This document shows, in pieces, positions 1-9,734 of a stretch of 64,000 nucleotides of DNA. The translations under genes were made by a program, and so were the position numbers. The stretch is taken from positions 320,001 through 384,000 of the forward strand of contig JBFWNS010000001.1 in NCBI GenBank assembly GCA_050250935.1, given 5' to 3'. Below the pieces are notes generated by a model, which saw nothing but the letters and a program-made list of their open reading frames with translations, did no database searches and had not been told where the DNA came from. Position 1 is the first letter of the stretch; each line of letters starts with the position of its first letter. The stretch is from Candidatus Margulisiibacteriota bacterium. Its GTDB lineage: Bacteria > Margulisbacteria > Marinamargulisbacteria > JBFWNS01.

Positions 1-129
1 CCCAATTCAACCTTGTCTAGCTTGGTGAATGCCCTTAACGAAATTGGGGCTTCACCCAAAGACCTTATCTCGATTTTGCAAGCACTCAAAGAATCTGGTT
101 CCCTTATCGGAGACCTTGAGGTCCTCTGA
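1..129 (+). CDS. flgI: Flagellar P-ring protein FlgI, C-terminal fragment (5' truncated by window)
   Basis: Frame 1 reads [42 protein letters not shown], matching the FlgI C-terminal signature (LV.ALN.lGatP.DLi.ILQAlk.aGaL.a.le.i); stop overlaps next ATG (TGATG). Confidence 0.9.
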   Translation, partial: PNSTLSSLVNALNEIGASPKDLISILQALKESGSLIGDLEVL

Positions 130-527
130 TGCAGCAGTGGATTTTCTGGGCCTTTCTTTTGTCTTTACTTCCCTCGGTTCTTATCGCACAAGATTTCTCT
201 AGCATGATGCCCATGGATCCCATGGCGATTCAACACCAGAAGTTGAGCCGAAAAGAAAAAAAAGACATCCTGGTTACCTTCGAAGCCCAGATTATCAAAG
301 AAATGTTTTTAAAACAGTGTATGATCCAAAATATCAGCTTCTTGGACGAAGAAGAAAAGGCCGAAGATGCCGCATTGTTGCAGCAATTCGATATGCAAAA
401 CGACTACTTCACCGATGCCATGGCCTTAAAACTGGCCAAGCAGGATATTTTTAAGCTCAAAGCCTACTTTAAACGCCGAGGAATCAACCCTGAACAAGCA
501 CAAAAACAATCAACAGCAAGAAATTAA
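129..527 (+). CDS. flgJ: FlgJ-like rod-binding (rod cap) protein, no muramidase domain, with predicted signal peptide
   Basis: Follows flgI; FEAQIIKEMFLK resembles the FlgJ rod-binding motif FE..f...mlK; N-terminus [22 protein letters not shown] looks like a Sec signal. Confidence 0.65.
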   Translation: MQQWIFWAFLLSLLPSVLIAQDFSSMMPMDPMAIQHQKLSRKEKKDILVTFEAQIIKEMFLKQCMIQNISFLDEEEKAEDAALLQQFDMQNDYFTDAMALKLAKQDIFKLKAYFKRRGINPEQAQKQSTARN

Positions 528-588
528 TATTTCGAAGCTGCAACACCAGGAAATTCATCAAACCCGAACCGTTATTACAGACGAGTTT

Positions 589-1266
589 GTGGCAGAGCAC
601 ATGTCCATAGTCGAGGCCATTGCCTCCAACATTGCTGGCAGTGGGCGAATTCCCCCTTGCATTGGATTTGACGACTTGGTCAGCTGGGGCATCGAAGGGC
701 TGATCAAGGCCCACCGCAACTACAAGTCGGACAAAGGGTCTCAGTTCAAAACCTATGCGTTTTACCGCATTCGGGGCGAGATTTTGGACCGAATTCGAAG
801 CGAATGGCAATACCGAAACCCCCACGAGTACACCGATTACCGCAAAAAACTTCAGGATCGTATTGCCGAAATTGCCGAAGAAGCCTTGGAAGATCCTGCT
901 CTGGCCGAAAATTCGGCAGCAGCCTACGAGGAAGCGGTTCAAAGCATTGTGGCCAACTCGGCCATTTCTTGCCTGATTTCTTCCGATTCCATCGATATCG
1001 AATCCCATATGGCCGGCACCCGAAACCCTGAAACCGAGTTTTTCGAGGAAGAAGAAGCCTCTTACCGGTTGTTATGGAGCGAAATTAATACCCTAGATGC
1101 CGAAGAAAAAGAATTGGTGGAATTGTTTTATGTTAAAGGGCTCAAACAAAAAGAAATTGCAGCCAAGCTTAATTTTTCCAACAGCAAGGTGTGCCGTTTG
1201 CACATGAAGATTTTGGACAAACTGCGTCGCCGCATGTCCAAAAAAATGACGGAGCCCCAAGCATGA
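589..1266 (+). CDS. fliA: FliA/WhiG-family (sigma-28) RNA polymerase sigma factor
   Basis: DDLVSWGIEGLIKA...FKTYAFYRIRGEILDRIR (region 2) and LKQKEIAAKLNFSNSKVCRLH (region 4); true start may be upstream (CTG at 490). Confidence 0.9.
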   Translation: MAEHMSIVEAIASNIAGSGRIPPCIGFDDLVSWGIEGLIKAHRNYKSDKGSQFKTYAFYRIRGEILDRIRSEWQYRNPHEYTDYRKKLQDRIAEIAEEALEDPALAENSAAAYEEAVQSIVANSAISCLISSDSIDIESHMAGTRNPETEFFEEEEASYRLLWSEINTLDAEEKELVELFYVKGLKQKEIAAKLNFSNSKVCRLHMKILDKLRRRMSKKMTEPQA

Positions 1267-1640
1267 AAGTCGTTTTGATGGGCTTATTAATGGCCTTGTT
1301 ATGTCTCGAACCCCTTCAAGCCAAAGCCATCGACCGTGTTTTGTTTGACGATGTTCACGACCATTTGGCAACGGCCATTAATGGCGCAGCCGAAAAACAA
1401 AGCATGTTTTCGTACAACATCGCCAACGCTTCGACCCCTGGGTTTCGACCCGTTTTGAGCCCCGAAGACAGTCTCGAATTTCGAAACCTTGTTCCCGCCA
1501 ATCACCAAGATTCGGACATTATGATTGAATATTTTATGGCCAAATTAACCGAAAACAGGTCTCATCAAAGTGCCTACATTAAACTGTTTACAACAAAAAT
1601 GGGTATTTTGCGCCAGGTTGCGACCTTGGGTAAACGCTAA
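1263..1640 (+). CDS. flgB: FlgB-like proximal rod protein with N-terminal signal peptide
   Basis: NIANASTPGFRP motif and C-terminal helix EYFMAKLTENRSHQSAYIKLFTTKMGILRQV; ATG overlaps the fliA stop (ATGA). Confidence 0.8.
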   Translation: MKVVLMGLLMALLCLEPLQAKAIDRVLFDDVHDHLATAINGAAEKQSMFSYNIANASTPGFRPVLSPEDSLEFRNLVPANHQDSDIMIEYFMAKLTENRSHQSAYIKLFTTKMGILRQVATLGKR

Positions 1641-2083
1641 TGAAAAAGGCCGTCGTTCTTTTTTTACTGCTGACACTTGCTTCTCCACTTCTAGCCCAGG
1701 GCTTGGATGATGCGTTTAAAATCAGCATGTCTGGCATTGCGGTTCAAAAATTTCGCCTGCGCCTGATTGCGGAAAATATCGCCAACGTCGCGACGTTGAA
1801 AACCGAAACCGGCCTGCCCTATCAGAAACAGTATGCTGTTTTGCAGCAGCATAAATTTGGGGTTCGGGTTTTGCGGGTTGAAAAAAGCAACGAACCCTTC
1901 CCCATGTACCCCGACGGCGCGGTGATTCAAGCCGACGACGGAGGTTTTGTCCATTGGCCCAACGTTAACCTTCCCGACGAGTACGTGGATTTGGCCTTTA
2001 CAGAAGCCATGTTCGAAGCCAACGTTACGGCTTATAAATCGGCCAAGGCTATGTATCAACAAACCTTGGAAATCTTGAAATAA
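1640..2083 (+). CDS. flgC: FlgC-like proximal rod protein with N-terminal signal peptide
   Basis: ISMSGIAVQKFRLRLIAENIANVAT...PY and ADDGGFVHWPNVN...FEANVTAYKSAKAMYQQTLEI are FlgC signatures; TAATG coupling to flgB. Confidence 0.9.
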   Translation: MKKAVVLFLLLTLASPLLAQGLDDAFKISMSGIAVQKFRLRLIAENIANVATLKTETGLPYQKQYAVLQQHKFGVRVLRVEKSNEPFPMYPDGAVIQADDGGFVHWPNVNLPDEYVDLAFTEAMFEANVTAYKSAKAMYQQTLEILK

Positions 2084-2096
2084 AGGAGGCTCTTTT

Positions 2097-2738
2097 ATGA
2101 TTGGAAACGTTTCAACAGCTGCAGCATCCGCTTCTTCTGGCCCAGCCATACCAAAACCCTCGCTGGCCGATCTGGATGGCCCTTCTTTTCAAGAAGTTTT
2201 GGACGAAAAAACAGCCAAACAACCCGACCATTCCAACACACAAAATCCGATTCAACACCTGACAAAAGCCGTAGCCGGACCTTCTGCAATTGCCCAATCC
2301 AATTTGGTTGCCCAGGCATTATCCGACGAAATTACCAAGCCTCAACGCAAGTTTCAGGCCGCCAAAAAAGACATCAACGACAACACCCTTTTGGCCCAAG
2401 CCCCAGACAACAACTACGAAAACTGGCAGGCTCAACTTTTTGACAACGCCCCAGCTGCCGTTACCCCTAAAAACGTCGTTAATGAAGCCCAAAAAAGTAA
2501 TAAATTGGATGTGACGCCCTTCCAATTGTTCATGGACAAAGCGGTTGATGCCCTCGAAAATATCAGCCAGATGGAATTTAAGGTAAACGACTTGATCGAC
2601 GGCTATATTCAGGGTAAGGTTTCTATTGATGAAGTGACCATCGCCGCTTCAAAATTAAGCCTCGCTGTTTCCTTTATTACAACTGCCGTCACCACGGCCA
2701 CCCAAACCTTAAAAGAACTTCAACAAATGCAAATTTAA
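2097..2738 (+). CDS. fliE: FliE-like hook-basal body protein with long N-terminal extension
   Basis: Position between flgC and fliF; C-terminal ~75 aa (VSIDEVTIAASKLSLAV...LKELQQMQI) match FliE; SD AAGGAGG upstream. Confidence 0.75.
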   Translation: MIGNVSTAAASASSGPAIPKPSLADLDGPSFQEVLDEKTAKQPDHSNTQNPIQHLTKAVAGPSAIAQSNLVAQALSDEITKPQRKFQAAKKDINDNTLLAQAPDNNYENWQAQLFDNAPAAVTPKNVVNEAQKSNKLDVTPFQLFMDKAVDALENISQMEFKVNDLIDGYIQGKVSIDEVTIAASKLSLAVSFITTAVTTATQTLKELQQMQI

Positions 2739-2762
2739 CCCTTTCACAGATAAGGACACCCT

Positions 2763-4385
2763 ATGGCCGAAATGGACTTTGACAACGAAAACGATCTTGA
2801 TATTGGCGAACCCCCAAAACCTGCTTCTGGGTTCTCGTTTCGTCGTATTTTTACAACCTTGGCCGTTGTCGCAGGTGTGGTTGCTTTGGGGGCCACGGTT
2901 TACAATTATGTGATTAAAGACGACAGCATTAGCGCCATCAAAGCCAAGGCCCCAGCCACTGCTGAAGCCCCTGAAAAAAAGGAAAAATCTGGTGGTTTTT
3001 TCAGCTCTTCAGATAAAAAGAAAAAAGTAAAATATACCGTTTTATACACACAGTTGTCTCCCGACATCACCACCAGTGCTTTGCGGGAACTCAGCTTTTC
3101 AGACATTCCTTTCGAAACCAAACAAAACGGGAAAAACTTCGATTTGTTAATCGATGAAGACCGCATTGACGAAGCCAAAAACCTGCTGGCCCTCAAGGGA
3201 ATTCCGGGTGGTGAAATTAAAGGCTATCAATTGTTGGACGATTCCCAAACCCTTGGGGTAACGGAATTCGACAAACGGGTTCGGTTTGTAAGGGCCCTTT
3301 CTGGGGAATTGGAAAAAGCCATTACCAAGCTCGATATGGTTGAAGATGCCAAGGTTCAAATTGTATTGCCCGAACAGCGTTTGTTTGCCGTTACCCAACC
3401 CCCCGTCACGGCCTCGGTTTTGATTCGCAAAACCCAGGATGGGGTTCTAACCGACGATGTGGTGTTTAGCATCATTCAAATGGTGGCCAACTCTGTGGAA
3501 AACCTTCAACAAGAAAACATTACGGTTGTGGACACCGAAGGACACGTGTTGTCCGAGGGTATCTTCGAACGCATGGCAGCCAGACGAGCTGGACGCATTG
3601 TACCCAAGCGCCCAACAGCAGCTGTCGAAGAAGCCGTTTCCCCCACCGAAAATGTGGCTCCATCGGCCAATACAGGCCCAACTTTTGCCTCGATTTCCGA
3701 TCTGAATAAATGGTATGCACTTAAAGAACAGTACGAAAAAGACCTGGCCAAGCGGGCCATGCGCCAGTTGGTGGGCATTTTACCGATGGGCAGCTACAAA
3801 GTGGTGATTGCTGCTGATATTTCGCCTGTTATTAAAGACGGCCAAATCGAAGTCCGCCGTCTGACCACCAGCATTGTCGTAGACAGTAGCCGAAACGACA
3901 TTTATTTGGATATTTTAACCAAAAAACAAATCTTCAATACCATTGCAGGTGCCATTGGCTATGTGAAGGGCCGGGACACGATTCAGCTGAACAAGGCCGA
4001 CTTTAGCCTTCTTTCGGCTGCGGAACGCCAACAGATTATGGACGTTTTCATCGACAAAAATTGGAAATATTATTTAAAACTCTATGGCAAATACTGGCCG
4101 TTTGTGGCCGTTCCTGTTGGGGTGTTTGTGGTATACAGCCTTCTGGCAAGCTTGGTGCGCCGGATTCGAGAACGCTTTAAACGCAATGCCGAGGAACTCG
4201 AGGATGATGACGATAACGAAGACCCCGAAGAAGGGGAACCTGACTTTGCCGAACTTCATCAAGAAGTGAATCCTGCCAGGTACACCGAACAAATTAAAAC
4301 CACAGCTGAAAGCAACCCCCAAGTCATCGCCCAATTAATGGAAGAATGGCTTGAAAACGACCAAGAAGAAGAGGTGCCTGCCTAA
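2763..4385 (+). CDS. fliF: FliF-like MS-ring protein (beta-collar absent)
   Basis: TM1, RBM1, GYQLLD..LGVTEF..RALSGEL, RBM2 ending ITVVDTEGHVLS, RBM3, TM2, and C-terminal NPQVIAQLMEEWL FliG-binding motif. Confidence 0.92.
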   Translation: MAEMDFDNENDLDIGEPPKPASGFSFRRIFTTLAVVAGVVALGATVYNYVIKDDSISAIKAKAPATAEAPEKKEKSGGFFSSSDKKKKVKYTVLYTQLSPDITTSALRELSFSDIPFETKQNGKNFDLLIDEDRIDEAKNLLALKGIPGGEIKGYQLLDDSQTLGVTEFDKRVRFVRALSGELEKAITKLDMVEDAKVQIVLPEQRLFAVTQPPVTASVLIRKTQDGVLTDDVVFSIIQMVANSVENLQQENITVVDTEGHVLSEGIFERMAARRAGRIVPKRPTAAVEEAVSPTENVAPSANTGPTFASISDLNKWYALKEQYEKDLAKRAMRQLVGILPMGSYKVVIAADISPVIKDGQIEVRRLTTSIVVDSSRNDIYLDILTKKQIFNTIAGAIGYVKGRDTIQLNKADFSLLSAAERQQIMDVFIDKNWKYYLKLYGKYWPFVAVPVGVFVVYSLLASLVRRIRERFKRNAEELEDDDDNEDPEEGEPDFAELHQEVNPARYTEQIKTTAESNPQVIAQLMEEWLENDQEEEVPA

Positions 4386-5032
4386 TGTTGACTGGAAAAC
4401 AAAAAGCCCAAATTCTGTTGTCCCTTTTGGGTTCAAAAGCCCAAGACGTTCTAAGCTTATTGTCCCCCGAAAAAGCCCAACTGTTGACCACCATTATTGA
4501 GGACGCCCCAGAACCCAGTGCCAAAGAATTAAGCGCTTTGTCCGACGAAATTACCCAACGGGTTGGTGGAAACAAAAAGCCCATGCTTACGGGCGACTTG
4601 TCCAGCTCGTCATCTTCTCTTTTTTCTGGAGAAAGTTCGTTTGGGGCCTTTGATGCCGCACCCGAAGCCGAAGAACCAGAATCCCCTGTGGAATCCGGTC
4701 CCAAATTGCGCCCACTACCCGAAGTGGCTGCCCTGCTTTCCAAAGAAAAACCCCAGTTGATTGCCTTTATTTTGGGCAAAGTTGAAGAGCCCATCAAAGA
4801 GGAATTGCTCTCGTATTTACCCGACTATGTGTTGGCCGAAGTGCAAGCTCGCTCTGTGGATTCTTTCCCGCTTTCAGATGCGGTGTTTAAACAATTGTAC
4901 GACGCTATTTTTTATGCCCCAGAGATCCCCGAAGGCGAAGAGGCGCCAGCCGCAGAATCCAGTTCTACGGACTCGCCTTTTGCGTCCTCCTCGTCTTCGT
5001 CTATGTTTGATAGCGCACCGCTATTTAGCTAG
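4385..5032 (+). CDS. fliG: Truncated FliG-like protein (N and middle domains only)
   Basis: MLTGKQKAQILLSLLG (FliG-N), EKPQLIAFIL (EHPQ-like middle domain); ends at 215 aa in a Ser/acidic tail; TAATG coupling to fliF. Confidence 0.85.
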   Translation: MLTGKQKAQILLSLLGSKAQDVLSLLSPEKAQLLTTIIEDAPEPSAKELSALSDEITQRVGGNKKPMLTGDLSSSSSSLFSGESSFGAFDAAPEAEEPESPVESGPKLRPLPEVAALLSKEKPQLIAFILGKVEEPIKEELLSYLPDYVLAEVQARSVDSFPLSDAVFKQLYDAIFYAPEIPEGEEAPAAESSSTDSPFASSSSSSMFDSAPLFS

Positions 5033-5071
5033 GACTTTTCAGGGCCTCATTTTTAGAGAAGGAGTTTGATG

Positions 5072-6001
5072 ATGGAAAACGTTATTATTATCGGGTCTGG
5101 ACCCGCTGGGCACACTGCGGGCATTTATGCTGGGCGTGCCAACCTGAATCCCCTGATGTTTGAAGGGGAAATGGCCGGAGGTGTTGCCGCCGGCGGGCAA
5201 TTAACCACCACCACTGAAATTGAAAATTTCCCAGGCTATACCCACATTGGTGGATTGGAATTGATGCTGAAATTGCGGGAACAATCCGAAGCTTGTGGAA
5301 CCCGAATTGTCACCAAAACTGTCGACGAAGTGGATTTGTCTTCCCAGCCATTCAAGGTTCGGGTAGGCGACGAGATCCTCGAGACCAAAAGCCTGATTAT
5401 CGCAACCGGGGCCACGGCCAAACGCATGGGCATTCCCGGCGAAGATCTCCTTTGGCAAAAAGGGATTTCGGCTTGTGCGGTCTGCGATGGGGGCTTACCC
5501 ATTTTTCGAAATAAACCCTTGGTTGTGGTTGGCGGAGGCGACACCGCTTGCGAAGAAGCCACCTATTTGACCAAATTTGCCAGCGAGGTTTATTTGTTGG
5601 TGAGATCTGACAAAATGCGGGCCTCTAAAGTGATGCAAGACCGAACATTGGCCAACCCCAAAATTAAAATCTTGTGGCACACCATTGCACTAGAAGCCAT
5701 CGGCGAAGGGGTTCTGACCCACCTCAAAATCAAAAATACCCAGACCGGCGAAGAATCAACCTTGGCTGCCAATGGGTTGTTTTATGCCATTGGCCATACG
5801 CCCAACACCTGGTTTTTAAAAGATCAGCTGGATGTGGATGATGCCGGCTATATCCGTACAGTTCCGGGAACCACCCAAACCAGTGTGCCCGGTGTGTTTG
5901 CTGCAGGGGATGTTCAAGACCGGGTTTATCGCCAGGCCATTACCTCGGCAGGGACCGGTTGTATGGCGGCTTTGGAAGCCGAACGGTTTTTGGCGCACTA
6001 G
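5072..6001 (+). CDS. trxB: Thioredoxin-disulfide reductase
   Basis: IIGSGPAG, CAVC active site, GGGDTACEEA, FAAGDVQD; SD AAGGAG at 5059-5064. Confidence 0.97.
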   Translation: MENVIIIGSGPAGHTAGIYAGRANLNPLMFEGEMAGGVAAGGQLTTTTEIENFPGYTHIGGLELMLKLREQSEACGTRIVTKTVDEVDLSSQPFKVRVGDEILETKSLIIATGATAKRMGIPGEDLLWQKGISACAVCDGGLPIFRNKPLVVVGGGDTACEEATYLTKFASEVYLLVRSDKMRASKVMQDRTLANPKIKILWHTIALEAIGEGVLTHLKIKNTQTGEESTLAANGLFYAIGHTPNTWFLKDQLDVDDAGYIRTVPGTTQTSVPGVFAAGDVQDRVYRQAITSAGTGCMAALEAERFLAH

Positions 6002-7356
<1,355 letters not shown>

Positions 7357-7357
<1 letters not shown>

Positions 7358-8289
7358 TGTCGACTCAGATTTTTATCACAGGGGCGACGGGTTGCATTGG
7401 GCATTATGTCCTGGATCTGCTTAAGGACGACCCTAGCCTGACCCTACATTTGCTGTTGCGAGATCCGAAACGGTTGCGGTTTAATCCGGCCGACTACCCC
7501 AACATTCATCTGCATGTTGGCAATCTGGAAACCATCGAGAACCACGAAGCCATTTTAAAATCCGTGGATTATCTGATTCATATTGGCACCGATTGGAGCA
7601 ATTCCGACTATGCCATTAAGCTGAATGTCGAAAAAACCCATCAACTGTTTTCCTATTGTCACGAGGGGGTTTGTCAACGCATGGTGTATTTCTCAACGGC
7701 CAGCATTTTGGGCAAAAACAACCGCCCCATCCCCGAAGCCGAACGCTTTGGAACCGGCTATGTTAAATCGAAATACCTGGGCTACCAACACCTGCAAACC
7801 GCCCCCTACAAAGACAAGGTCGTCACCGTTTTTCCAACCTTGGTGTTTGGGGGAGACGCCCAACATCCATATTCGCACATCAGTTCTGGGGTGGTGCCCA
7901 ATGTACACTATTTGAACCTGTTGCGCTTTATTTATATGGACGCCCGCTTCCATTTTTCACATGCCAAAGACATCGCCGCTGTGGCCAAACATGTGCTCCT
8001 GAACCCCACCCCCAAACACGATTATGTGCTGGGCAATCCGGTGTTAACCGGCAAAAAAGCCATTGAAATTTTATGCAAAACCTTTGGGTATCGGATTTGG
8101 TTCCGCATTAAAATCAGTTTGGTTTTTGTGTTGAAACTGGCCCAATGGTTCCGAATCGAAGTGGGGCCTTGGGATCGGTTTTGTTTGGAAAACCCCTATT
8201 TTGAATACGAGACCGTTACCCCAGCCAGCTTTGGGCTTACCACGGCTTTTCCAACCTTGGAATCCGTGTTGGCCGACCTGAAGGCATGA
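7357..8289 (+). CDS. NAD-dependent epimerase/dehydratase (extended SDR)
   Basis: TGATGCIG Rossmann motif, FSTAS, YVKSK catalytic motif. Confidence 0.85.
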
Positions 8290-9647
8290 GGGACTGGCAA
8301 AGCCGCCTCCTCCACGTGCTGGGCCCCTGTGTCCACTTTGACGAAAAGACCTGCCTTCGCTATGCCACCGATAAAAGTCCTGGGCTTTCGTATCGCCCGG
8401 AAGCGGTCGCTCTTCCTCAAACCCCTCTTCAGGTTCAACAGCTGCTGGACTTTGCCAACGCCGAAAATATGCCCTTGATTCCCCGGGGTGCCGGAACCGG
8501 AACCACCGGTGGTGCCTTGGCTGCCCACGGTGGCATTGTGGTGTCGATGGAAGCGATGAATCGGATTGTGGAAATTGATCCGATTAACCGTGTGGGGGTG
8601 GTAGAACCCGGGGTGATTACCGGCAATTTTCAGGCTGCTGTGGAAGCCCAAGGGTTGTTTTACCCCCCCGATCCGGCCAGTTTGGCCAAGTGCAGTTTGG
8701 GGGGCAATGTGGCCGAAAATGCTGGAGGACCACGGGCCGTTAAATATGGGGTTACCGGACAGTTTGTGTTGGGCCTGGCTGGTTTTTTTGGAGACGGTAC
8801 CCCCTTTCGTTTGGGCGGGAAACGCCTCAAGGATGTGGCCGGTTACGATATGATGCGCCTGTTGATTGGCAGCGAAGGAACCTTGGCCATTTTAACCGAA
8901 ATCACCTTTAAACTGCTGCCTTTCCCACCTTTTCGTCGGGTTTTCTTGGCAGGGTTTGAGGCCTATTCCGATGCCCTTTCGGCCCTGGCTTTGCTTCAAA
9001 AAACCGTTCAACCCTCGGCCATCGAACTGACAGACCAGCGGTGCCTTAGGGCTGTCGAAACCCAGATGGGACGACCCCTGCCCGGCTCTCAAACCCGGGT
9101 TCAATTGTTGATCGAGGTTGATGGATTTGATGAAAATCAAGTTCAAACCCATCTGACTACGGCTCTGGATTTAGCCAAAGCGTCCAATGCCACCGTGTTG
9201 GAACCCGCCCATTCCGAGGCCGATACCCAAGCCTTTTGGGCCCTAAGACGGGGGATTTCGGAGGCGCTTAAACAGCTTTGTCCGGCTAAGATTTCCCACG
9301 ACATTACCGTGCCCATTTCTGAAATTGAAGCCACCATGGCCTATTTGGAAACCCTCGAAACCCGCTTTGGGATTCCAGTGTTGGGCTATGGGCATTTGGG
9401 GGATGGCAATTTACACATTAATATTTTGCCCCAAAACCCCGAAACCGATCCGGTATATGCTGTTGTCGAGGCCTTGTTTGCCCATGTGGTGAAGGTGGGT
9501 GGAACCTTGTCTGGAGAACACGGCATCGGCTTATCCAAAAAGGCGTTTATGCCCTTGATGTTTTCCACAGAGATCTTGCAAAAAATGCAGGCTCTAAAAA
9601 CGGTTTTTGACCCAAAAAACATTTTAAATCCGGGCAAACTATTATAG
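8286..9647 (+). CDS. FAD-linked D-2-hydroxyacid oxidase/dehydrogenase, GlcD-like
   Basis: PRGAGTG, YPPDPAS, GGNVAENAGG, GSEGTL, GHLGDGNLH, SGEHGIG, NPGK. Confidence 0.92.
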   Translation: MRDWQSRLLHVLGPCVHFDEKTCLRYATDKSPGLSYRPEAVALPQTPLQVQQLLDFANAENMPLIPRGAGTGTTGGALAAHGGIVVSMEAMNRIVEIDPINRVGVVEPGVITGNFQAAVEAQGLFYPPDPASLAKCSLGGNVAENAGGPRAVKYGVTGQFVLGLAGFFGDGTPFRLGGKRLKDVAGYDMMRLLIGSEGTLAILTEITFKLLPFPPFRRVFLAGFEAYSDALSALALLQKTVQPSAIELTDQRCLRAVETQMGRPLPGSQTRVQLLIEVDGFDENQVQTHLTTALDLAKASNATVLEPAHSEADTQAFWALRRGISEALKQLCPAKISHDITVPISEIEATMAYLETLETRFGIPVLGYGHLGDGNLHINILPQNPETDPVYAVVEALFAHVVKVGGTLSGEHGIGLSKKAFMPLMFSTEILQKMQALKTVFDPKNILNPGKLL

Positions 9648-9734
9648 ACTAAAGCGGTTCCCGACCGACATCCTTTTCAGACCAACCCGGACCCACCCAA
9701 GCCCAGCTGTTGGGCATCGTCCAGGCTCCCACAC

